DNA of 25,550 nucleotides, from positions 1 through 25,550 of the forward strand of contig CAZPUN010000008.1 in assembly GCA_964589775.1 (NCBI GenBank), given 5' to 3'. This stretch comes from an uncultured archaeon. GTDB lineage: Archaea; Asgardarchaeota; Thorarchaeia; Thorarchaeales; CAZPUN01. Shown here in pieces: positions 17,727 through 25,550 of this stretch. Each line of letters opens with the position of its first letter. Position 1 is the stretch's first letter. The notes beneath the pieces were generated by a model. That model saw only the letters and a program-made list of their open reading frames with translations. It did no database searches and was not told where the DNA came from. Position numbers and translations under genes: made by a program.

Positions 17727-18956
17727 TTATGAGCCAAATTTTTTAGTAATTCCTGCATATCCCAGAAGCATAGGTAATATGTCCTTTCCCCTTATCCGAA
17801 GGAGTGCTCCTTTTGCTGCATCGATTTCTGAGAATTTATCCACATCGTCATGTCTCAATCCTTTCCCCCATAGAACAACGGGTACTGGATCGCATGTATG
17901 TTCTCCAACTGTTACTGGTGTTGTATGATCTCCTGTAACCGCAAGAACGGCCTTTCCTTCGATATCCTCGAGTAATTTTCCGACCATGTAATCGAGCTTT
18001 TCAATCGCTTTTATTTTATCATTATAATTATGGTCATGGCTTGCATTATCTGTCATTTTTAGATGAATGAAGATGAAATCATAGTCTTTCTCAAGAGTTT
18101 CTAATGCAACTTTTGCGATATTATCCACATTTGTTTCAATTGTTCCTGTCTGTCCTTCGACTTTAATGTGCTCCATACCTGCATATAATGCAGTACCTAA
18201 TATCAATGCATTCGCAGCCAAGACTGCTGCTTTGATTCCATATTTGTCTTGTAATTTTGGTACCGTGTGATATTGCCCTGGGCCTCTAAGAAGAATCACA
18301 TTTGCTGGTGGTCTTCCACGTTCGATGCGCTTCCTATTTACATCTAGATTTTTTAGCTTCTCATATGCGATTTTAACGAATTCGTTCAAGATTCTTGCAG
18401 TCTTTTCAGCTTCTGGTGCTAGTGCTTTTGCTTCAAGAACCTTTTTGCCGACTTCATGTGGATCAATATCTGAAACTTTTGCGGATAGTCCATCGCCATC
18501 AAGAACTAAAGCTCCTCTATGTTCTGTTGTGCTTTTAAAATGAATAACTACATCTTCGATTTTGATACCATCAATTACCTTTTCAAGTTCAAGTCCTTCT
18601 TCGCGACTAATATCGCGACCTGCTCTTCTATCTTGCACTATGAATTTTTCATCTACAGTTGCAAAATTTGCACGAAATGCAACATTTCCATGTTTTAATT
18701 CAAGTCCAGCCCCTAATGCTTCAAGTGGGCCTCTTCCGGGATATGTTTCGTATGGATCATATCCAAAAAGTGTTAGATGTGCCGTATCGCTTCCTGGAGT
18801 TATTCCGGGTGCTATTACATCCATGAGACCGTTTCTTCCCTCTTTGGCTAATCTATCTAAATTGGGTGTTTTTGCAGCTTGCAATGGTGTTTTTCCTTTT
18901 AATTCTGGAACCGGTCTATCTCCTAAACCATCCGAAATTATCAAGATTGCTTTCAT
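17727..18956 (-). CDS. apgM: 2,3-bisphosphoglycerate-independent phosphoglycerate mutase, archaeal type
   Basis: DGLGDRP, TPLQAAKTPNLD, PGSDTAHL, GRGPLEALG, FRANFAT, DNASHD and TGDHTTP...HTCDPVP motifs. Confidence 0.96.
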   Translation of the reverse strand: MKAILIISDGLGDRPVPELKGKTPLQAAKTPNLDRLAKEGRNGLMDVIAPGITPGSDTAHLTLFGYDPYETYPGRGPLEALGAGLELKHGNVAFRANFATVDEKFIVQDRRAGRDISREEGLELEKVIDGIKIEDVVIHFKSTTEHRGALVLDGDGLSAKVSDIDPHEVGKKVLEAKALAPEAEKTARILNEFVKIAYEKLKNLDVNRKRIERGRPPANVILLRGPGQYHTVPKLQDKYGIKAAVLAANALILGTALYAGMEHIKVEGQTGTIETNVDNIAKVALETLEKDYDFIFIHLKMTDNASHDHNYNDKIKAIEKLDYMVGKLLEDIEGKAVLAVTGDHTTPVTVGEHTCDPVPVVLWGKGLRHDDVDKFSEIDAAKGALLRIRGKDILPMLLGYAGITKKFGS

Positions 18957-18967
18957 TCATTAACCCC

Positions 18968-20275
18968 CTAATAATTCTTCCAAGCAGTTCTGAAATTAAT
19001 GCCGGGGTAATCTGCATTTCCTTTTAATATGTCAAATATCTGAATTAGTCTGTTGTACTTCTCGACGCGATCGCTTCTAGCTGGTGCTCCTGTTTTAATT
19101 TGACCAGTTCCAAGAGCTACTGATAAATCTGCAATAAACGTGTCGCTTGTCTCACCACTTCTATGACTAACTACTACAGCCCAGTTTGCGTTCATTGCCA
19201 TTTTTGCTGCTGCGATAGCTTCTGACACACTACCTATCTGGTTCAACTTAAGCAAAAGTGCATTTCCACAATTCATCTTGATTGCTTTTTCTAAAATCTT
19301 AGTATTCGAAACTGTAAGGTCGTCTGTAATAACTTGGACTTTTGTTTTCTTTGTGTACTCTGCAAAGGATTCGAAAGCATTCTCATCGAATGGATCTTCT
19401 ACACTCTTCAACGGGTATGTCTTCTCCAAATCTAAATAGTAATCTATAAGTTCATCAGGAGTCAATTGTTTGCCGTCAATTATGTATTTTCCGTTTTCGA
19501 AGAACTCACTTGCTGCAGCATCAATGCCAAGGACCACATCTTTTCCCGCTTTATATCCGGCATCTTCGATCGCTCTAATCATCTCATCAAATGCATCTCT
19601 TGTACTCTTTAAGCCGTACCCACAGAATCCGCCTTCGTCCCCGACGTGCTTTGCCATTCGCCCATACTTGCTTATCATATTCTTTCCTAATATGTGATAC
19701 ACCTCACTGATTATCCTAATTGCTTCTACTCCATTATCTGCTCCTATCGGTAAAATCTTGAATTCTTGTATATTCAAGTCGTTTCCCGCATGTGCTCCCC
19801 CATTAATTACATTTGATAATGGAACCGGTAAAAGATATTTTTCGGATTTGCCTAATATCTTTGTCCGTATGTATTGGAATAATTCCATATCTAAATGTCT
19901 AGCCGCAGCCACTGCTGTAGCCATGGAAACAGATAATATTGCATTTGCTCCAAGCTTACGCTTTCCTTCCGTTCCGTCAAGTTCAATCATTATCTTGTCT
20001 ATCGCTTCCTGATCTGTTGGATCATGTCCAATTACCGCTTTTGCAATCGTTTCATTTACATTTCGGACTGCTTTCTGTACGCCTTTTCCCAAATACCTCT
20101 TGCCACCATCTCGTAACTCTAATGCTTCATGTTCTCCAGTAGACGCTCCGCTCGGTACCTTTGCAATACCATGAGCGCCTGAATCTAAAGTAACTTTAGT
20201 CATAATCGTAGGATTTCCTCGTGAATCTAAAATCTCAATTGCTTTGATCTCCTTAATTTCCACCATTTTTACCAT
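18968..20275 (-). CDS. eno: Enolase (phosphopyruvate hydratase)
   Basis: EILDSRGNPT, VPSGASTGEHEALELRD, GDEGGF, LLKLNQIG, VSHRSGET and QIKTGAPARSDRVEKYN motifs. Confidence 0.98.
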   Translation of the reverse strand: MVKMVEIKEIKAIEILDSRGNPTIMTKVTLDSGAHGIAKVPSGASTGEHEALELRDGGKRYLGKGVQKAVRNVNETIAKAVIGHDPTDQEAIDKIMIELDGTEGKRKLGANAILSVSMATAVAAARHLDMELFQYIRTKILGKSEKYLLPVPLSNVINGGAHAGNDLNIQEFKILPIGADNGVEAIRIISEVYHILGKNMISKYGRMAKHVGDEGGFCGYGLKSTRDAFDEMIRAIEDAGYKAGKDVVLGIDAAASEFFENGKYIIDGKQLTPDELIDYYLDLEKTYPLKSVEDPFDENAFESFAEYTKKTKVQVITDDLTVSNTKILEKAIKMNCGNALLLKLNQIGSVSEAIAAAKMAMNANWAVVVSHRSGETSDTFIADLSVALGTGQIKTGAPARSDRVEKYNRLIQIFDILKGNADYPGINFRTAWKNY

Positions 20276-20432
20276 CGCCCTTTTGCTCTATATGTCAGTT
20301 CGCTTTTTAATGTTTTAAATATTAGTTATATCTATTTTATGACCGTAAAATATTATAAGGATATTTTTCTAATTATGTCATAATGAAATTTATTGGCTTT
20401 TACACAAAAATTGGACGAGGAAGAGGAAGAAG

Positions 20433-23303
20433 ATGACCTGCGACTCAAATGATAAGTTATATGTAAGTATTTTTGATGATGAAGCGTTAGATCCAAAAAA
20501 CGTTGGTGGAAAAGGTTATGGTCTAGCTCGTGTGGAAAGAGCCATACGACCATTGCGAGAAGAAGGTCTTCCGGTTGCTGTTCCGCCTGCGTTAATTCTA
20601 ACTCCCAAGTTCACTTCTCTTTTATTCAAAATGAATCCTCGATTGTCTGAGCTTGTTGAAAAGTTAGACAAAATGATTGAAGAGAATCGCCCTTATGCTG
20701 ATGAGACAAAAGAAATACGGGACATTATTTTATCGACTGAAATGAATGATATCATAAAATGTAATATTGACTCCATAATTCAAGACATAACAAAGATGTT
20801 GAATGATATGGGCAAGACTGAAAATCTTCGAGTAGCGGTACGTAGTAGTGGATTAGCTGAAGATCTACCCGGAGCAAGCTTTGCTGGGCAATATGCCACT
20901 GTATTAAATGTTCATCTGAACACTGAGGAAGTTTTTAATGCTATTCTTGAATGTGCTGCCTCCGTTTGGGGTGATCGTGTTGTTGATTATCGAGCTAAGA
21001 ATCGTAAGAAAGGATTGCCCATTCCTTCTGAAAAGGAAATTCTTGGTTCTGGTGCATTTACGGTAGTTGTACAAGCAATGATAGATTCTCAATGGAGTGG
21101 TGTAGGCTTTTCGATTGATAGTGAGACTGGACATCCCAATATCATTAAATTCAATATTATTCGAGGATTAGGTGAGTTAGGTGTCCAAGGTGTTGTACCC
21201 ACTGTAGAAGGTTGGGGTGCACACAAAAGTGACCAAGTTGAAATGAGTTTCGGTGACATAAAAATTAAAACTTCTGCAAATGCACTTGGACTGATGCCAC
21301 CCAAGGCACGCCAGAAGAAGAAACTTGTCTATGTCCCCGGTGAAGGAAATAAAGTTATTCCTGTCACTGAAGATGATCCAAAAATTATAACACGTTCTCA
21401 GGCTGAACTTATTGCATACACAATACACAAACTCTCCGAAACATATAACCAAGCGATTGATGTTGAATTTTGCTGGGAACAGGGCATGCTCTACATTGTA
21501 CAAATGCGTCCTGAGACTGTACATGCACCTAAGAAGGAAGCAATCATTGAGACTTATGTATTGAAAGAGGAACCAAAAGCGGAGGCACTCCTCGCAGTTG
21601 GATTGAATGTTGGTACAAAAATTGCGCGTGGTCCAATACTACCTGTCAAATTTGAAACAGATCCTTCAAATCTTCCTCGTCTGATCCGATATATGAAACG
21701 TATTCTTGAGGGTTTTGCGGAAAAGGGCATTAAGCCAATTCTCTATACCGATATGACTTCTCCTCCTTGGGAACCCGTTATGAATGCTGAACTTGTTTCC
21801 GGAATCTGTACTGAAGAAGGAAACCGAACTAGTCATCCTGCAATCGTTTGTCGTGAAGCTGGAATTGCAAGTGGAGTTGGTATGAAGGTACCTCCAGAAG
21901 AGCTCGAGAAGCTTGAAACTCAGATGATTGGTGTAACATGTCGAGAATGTGGTCATACATGGTATCTTGACAAAGGTGATGAACAAGAGATCCGTGAAGC
22001 TGGTCAGTGTCCTGTGTGTGGTGGTCGATTGTTTACTTTAAGAATTCTCGAGGAAGGTACTCTAGACTGTTCCTCTGGTGAAGCTAGATTATATAGTCAG
22101 TCTCTTGAATATGAGGTTCAAAGGATCAAAATAGAAAAGTTACCGGAAACAGTTACAAAGGTGGGTGTCAATTGTGGGTCTCCGCCGGAATCCCTACAAA
22201 TCAGTCAAATACCCGGGGCATCAAAAGTCGGTCTAGCACGTGAAGAATTCATATCCGCATGGATAAATATGCACCCAAAGTTTGCAATCATAGCTGACAA
22301 GTACCGTAATGGAGAGGGGTGGCTGGCACCAGATATTGAAGAATTATTCCGTGGAATAAGATCGCTGAAGGAAGAGTGGATTGAGCGTCTGGAATTGGGC
22401 GTTAGTATGGAAGCTGCAGCCTTTTATCCACGCGAAGTCATTTTAAGAACTTCGGACTTCAAAACAAACGAATATGAGACTCTACTGGGTGCCACATATT
22501 ATGATTTCCGTTGTCCAGTTCATGGATATGGCATTGGGCTAAAGCGATTAGATCGATGTCCGATTTGTGGAAGTAATCTGATTTCACGTGAGATTCGTCT
22601 TGAGCCCAAAGAGAACAATCCTATGTTAGGCTGGCGAGGTGCAGCAAGATATCTAGATCCTGAATTTCAAGACGCATTCGATATGGAAATCGAAGCTATT
22701 ATTCGGGTTATGCGTAAATATCGCAACATTACCTTGATGATTCCGTTCATTCGTCATCCGCATGAAGCTCGCGATGTAACCGCATACATTAAGGAAAAGT
22801 TTAAGAAAGCTGGACTGCCGGCACCTAAAATAATCTTCATGGCAGAGGTTCCGTCCATCACACTTGTTCCCGATTTGTTCCATGAATATACCAAGGGTTA
22901 CTCATTTGGTACGAATGATCTTACGCAGCTTGTTACTGGAACTGGGCGCGATTCATCGCGATTGTTCTTTAACGAGAATGTCCCTGCAGTAAAGAAAGCG
23001 ATTTCTATTCTTGCTGATTCTGCGCATCAAACGGATCCACCAAAAGAACTTGGTATTTGCGGTCAGGCACCTAGCGATATAAAAGAGTTCATCGAATTTC
23101 TTACTGTGTATCTGGACTATATATCCGTAAACCCAGACGTTGTTGTTTCTACAATTAAAGAAGTTGCAGAAATCGAAGAAAATCTGCGCCAAATAATCAA
23201 AAGGACCGGAACACCAAAGAAACTAGCAAAGGAGTTATCTAAAAAGTTTGGAATTGATGTTAGTGTTGAACGAGCAAAAATGTTAATGGAGAAATTAAAG
23301 TAG
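20433..23303 (+). CDS. ppsA: Phosphoenolpyruvate synthase (pyruvate, water dikinase) with two Cys-rich insertions
   Basis: VGGKG, VAVRSS...EDLPGASFAGQY, YIVQMRPETV, phospho-His motif GNRTSHPAIVCRE, RTSDFKTNEY, ENNPMLGWRGAARY, SFGTNDLTQL and GICGQAPSD. Confidence 0.95.
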   Translation: MTCDSNDKLYVSIFDDEALDPKNVGGKGYGLARVERAIRPLREEGLPVAVPPALILTPKFTSLLFKMNPRLSELVEKLDKMIEENRPYADETKEIRDIILSTEMNDIIKCNIDSIIQDITKMLNDMGKTENLRVAVRSSGLAEDLPGASFAGQYATVLNVHLNTEEVFNAILECAASVWGDRVVDYRAKNRKKGLPIPSEKEILGSGAFTVVVQAMIDSQWSGVGFSIDSETGHPNIIKFNIIRGLGELGVQGVVPTVEGWGAHKSDQVEMSFGDIKIKTSANALGLMPPKARQKKKLVYVPGEGNKVIPVTEDDPKIITRSQAELIAYTIHKLSETYNQAIDVEFCWEQGMLYIVQMRPETVHAPKKEAIIETYVLKEEPKAEALLAVGLNVGTKIARGPILPVKFETDPSNLPRLIRYMKRILEGFAEKGIKPILYTDMTSPPWEPVMNAELVSGICTEEGNRTSHPAIVCREAGIASGVGMKVPPEELEKLETQMIGVTCRECGHTWYLDKGDEQEIREAGQCPVCGGRLFTLRILEEGTLDCSSGEARLYSQSLEYEVQRIKIEKLPETVTKVGVNCGSPPESLQISQIPGASKVGLAREEFISAWINMHPKFAIIADKYRNGEGWLAPDIEELFRGIRSLKEEWIERLELGVSMEAAAFYPREVILRTSDFKTNEYETLLGATYYDFRCPVHGYGIGLKRLDRCPICGSNLISREIRLEPKENNPMLGWRGAARYLDPEFQDAFDMEIEAIIRVMRKYRNITLMIPFIRHPHEARDVTAYIKEKFKKAGLPAPKIIFMAEVPSITLVPDLFHEYTKGYSFGTNDLTQLVTGTGRDSSRLFFNENVPAVKKAISILADSAHQTDPPKELGICGQAPSDIKEFIEFLTVYLDYISVNPDVVVSTIKEVAEIEENLRQIIKRTGTPKKLAKELSKKFGIDVSVERAKMLMEKLK

Positions 23304-23314
23304 ATTCTTTTCTC

Positions 23315-24397
23315 CTACTTTTTTATAAAATCGCTTATTCTTTCTAGGACCTTTTTCCATTGCTCGCCAATTACGTGACCACCACTCTGTAAAACCATAT
23401 CTTCTGCGTCCGGGCGGAGTTTCTTAATAATTTCGACATTCTTTACTGGGACGACATCATCATCTATTGCATGAATTATGAGTAATGGAGTCTTACTCCT
23501 GGTAAATGCCTCTTCACTGATTTTATAATTCGGAATACTTGAATATGCATTCTTAATTTTAGAACTGCTTTGTGTTATGAATCTGATTCCTCTCTGTTGT
23601 ACTAACGATAATTCTTTAATATTCGTGCCTTTCTCACGATCAAGAAAACCTGCAATTGCAATCGCTCCTTTGAAAATATTCAATTCTGAAATCATTGCAA
23701 GAGTTAGAAAACCTCCGAGACTATGCCCGAAAATGTAAAGCTCATTCTGATTTACAAAATCAAAATCTCTTATTTTTTCTATAATATGACGTGTGTCTTC
23801 AATTATATTATTTCGCATTGGGTCCCAGCGTTCTCCGTGCCCTTGTATGTCAAATCTAAGAACCATAAACCCTTGTTTTATGAACCAATCGACAATATAT
23901 TCTTTACTTAGTTTCGACCCACTTAGACCGTGAAGGATAATAATCGTACGAGTTTGTCTTGGCTCACTACTGACCGCTGTGACTTTTACCGGCTGGGAAT
24001 CCTTGTTGTATATTTGTAATTTTTTCGTGAACCGACCTTTCTTTTGCCATATCTTTATTGATAGCTCGCTAGCTTCAGAATATAGACTGACCCGCTCTTG
24101 TTGTGAAATATATTGTGCGGATTCCGCCAAGAATTTCGTTATTGTGAATGCATTTTGTAATCCTTGAATATCTCCTTTAATTAATTCATCTATTACTATT
24201 TTTCTGAATTCCGGAATAATTTGTTCAGGAGCGTTGATTATGTCAAAAACTGTATCTATCGTGTTTTTATTAATCCCCGCATCATAGAGATCATTAATTC
24301 CCCAAGGAAACAGTACTTCATAATCTTTCCTCACGATTGCGTCGTTAAATTTTTGTTTTTCTTCTTCTGTATACTCTTGGATGTACATTTCACTCAC
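23315..24397 (-). CDS. Alpha/beta-fold hydrolase with ~130-aa N-terminal extension
   Basis: ILHGLSG, FDIQGHGE, nucleophile motif GHSLG, LIIHAIDDDVVP (Asp) and GGH (His). Confidence 0.9.
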   Translation of the reverse strand: MSEMYIQEYTEEEKQKFNDAIVRKDYEVLFPWGINDLYDAGINKNTIDTVFDIINAPEQIIPEFRKIVIDELIKGDIQGLQNAFTITKFLAESAQYISQQERVSLYSEASELSIKIWQKKGRFTKKLQIYNKDSQPVKVTAVSSEPRQTRTIIILHGLSGSKLSKEYIVDWFIKQGFMVLRFDIQGHGERWDPMRNNIIEDTRHIIEKIRDFDFVNQNELYIFGHSLGGFLTLAMISELNIFKGAIAIAGFLDREKGTNIKELSLVQQRGIRFITQSSSKIKNAYSSIPNYKISEEAFTRSKTPLLIIHAIDDDVVPVKNVEIIKKLRPDAEDMVLQSGGHVIGEQWKKVLERISDFIKK

Positions 24398-24456
24398 AAA
24401 ACTTAGATAGGAGAAACGTATTTAAATAAATTCAGTTAAAGAAATTATTAGTTTTA

Positions 24457-25224
24457 ATGCGAGGGATGGATATCTTGAAAGAGTTAGAATCACCATTTGC
24501 AGCGGTCTCGGTACCTGAAGCGGAGGTCAAAGAAGTAAAAAAACTCGACGAACCCGTCATGTTCTTGGACATTCTAAACAGTGATAAAGACCCAATGATA
24601 TTCTGGGAAAAAACTATTGATGAGGCGAAATTTCTCATCAATCGTGGAATGAATAATGAGGCCGCTGAATTGTTAAAACAAATTGGGCGTCAAATATATA
24701 CATATATGCAGAAAAAAGGATTGGACGATGACCAGAAAAAGACCCTTACAGAGAAAGCCTTCATGCTTGTAGACATTGTCAAATATCTTAAGGGTATCTC
24801 CGACGAAGCAAAGCCAATTCCAAAATTCGCAGACCTTGAAGAAGATGACGAAATAAGTTCGTATTCACGTGCAAGTATTCTTGAGTCCTTACTGGAGCGA
24901 ATATCTAAAAATTACGGGCTTCAATATGTTGCTTTAGTTGGAATTGCTGGGCGTATACTTTACAATAATACCGAATTAAAAATAATTGACGATTCGTTGT
25001 ATTTACAATCTGTCTTTGAATTTAAAACTGAAAAAATAAAGATCGGAAATGACGTGTATAAATTGCTTGACCAAAGTTCTAAAGGACTCGTCTTTGAATC
25101 TAATGAACGTTATCTTTTCTTAGTTCCAACCGGACGTGGGCGCTTATTACTTGCAATATCTTCAAAAGATATAGATTATAATTTGTTTTTGTTATCTGTT
25201 TATGAGGAACTTAGATTTATTTAA
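24457..25224 (+). CDS. MIT-like helical bundle fused to a divergent profilin-fold domain
   Basis: aa ~48-113 show a three-helix MIT-like pattern (IDEAKFLINRGMNNEAAELLKQIG...DDDQKKTLTEKAFMLVDIVKYLK). aa ~140-255 follow the profilin element order (YVALVGIAGRILY...KIKIGNDVYKLL...LVFE...YLFLVP...LLLAIS...helix). Confidence 0.55.
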   Translation: MRGMDILKELESPFAAVSVPEAEVKEVKKLDEPVMFLDILNSDKDPMIFWEKTIDEAKFLINRGMNNEAAELLKQIGRQIYTYMQKKGLDDDQKKTLTEKAFMLVDIVKYLKGISDEAKPIPKFADLEEDDEISSYSRASILESLLERISKNYGLQYVALVGIAGRILYNNTELKIIDDSLYLQSVFEFKTEKIKIGNDVYKLLDQSSKGLVFESNERYLFLVPTGRGRLLLAISSKDIDYNLFLLSVYEELRFI

Positions 25225-25320
25225 AATTTTTACCTATATTTTTTTCATTTTTCGTAATATATTTATAAGAAATAATCTATATATTTTTATATAAAAATTA
25301 ATTTGGCGGTGCCCAATCAA

Positions 25321-25550
25321 ATGTTCGCACTAGTTTCAGAATCTACCAATATCAAAATTTACATCGTGAGTCACTTGAAATTTGACTCATTCGGATATAA
25401 TTTATTAGCGCGATATTTGCAATCAGAGTTTTCCAGAGTATTCTCAGACCTAAAATTGGTTGAGCTGCCTGCTGGAGAGGAACAGAATGTCTATGAGTTA
25501 TCTCTGAAAAATCCGTACGATATCGATGAAGTTTTGGATGATAATGAGTT
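25321..25550 (+). CDS. Hypothetical protein, 5' part; runs off the window edge
   Basis: Open frame from ATG 25321 (MFALVSESTNIKIYIVSHLKFDSFGYNLLARYLQSEF...) with no stop before the window end, preceded by an AT-rich promoter-like region. Confidence 0.6.
   Translation, partial: MFALVSESTNIKIYIVSHLKFDSFGYNLLARYLQSEFSRVFSDLKLVELPAGEEQNVYELSLKNPYDIDEVLDDNE

Noticed and set aside
21939-22568. PpsA insertions as inteins
   Set aside because: They are far too short and lack the C-terminal HN-C/S/T splice junction.
724-24641. Numerous 60-222 aa ORFs in the track that overlap longer genes on the opposite strand or in another frame (e.g. 724-1017, 5387-5695, 8703-9371, 18562-18963, 21177-21524)
   Set aside because: They are shadow ORFs of well-supported genes, with atypical composition and no recognisable motifs.

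Overview
AT-rich archaeal chromosome segment, most likely from an Asgard archaeon. This is inferred from an Asgard-type profilin domain together with archaeal apgM, 2-phosphoglycerate kinase, a single-OB SSB, BRE/TATA-like promoters and GGAGG/GGTGA-type ribosome-binding sites. The housekeeping content is mutS (5' part), pgk2, ssb, an ATP-cone protein, dodecin, tetrahydrofolate one-carbon genes (fhs, folD, ftcD, purN), tex, a NifB/NifX-family protein, an isolated group-4 [NiFe]-hydrogenase large subunit, apgM, eno, ppsA and an alpha/beta hydrolase. The most striking observation is two unlinked genes that each appear to fuse MIT-like three-helix bundles to a C-terminal profilin domain (3675-4970 and 24457-25224), a candidate physical link between ESCRT-III membrane remodelling and actin regulation. 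Other points of interest are a PEP synthase with two zinc-ribbon insertions, an Rpn-like gene with 45-bp tandem repeats and a likely internal start, a probable CTG start codon, and several structured intergenic elements. No rRNA, tRNA, CRISPR array or transposase was recognised. All assignments come from motif recognition by eye; no searches were run.
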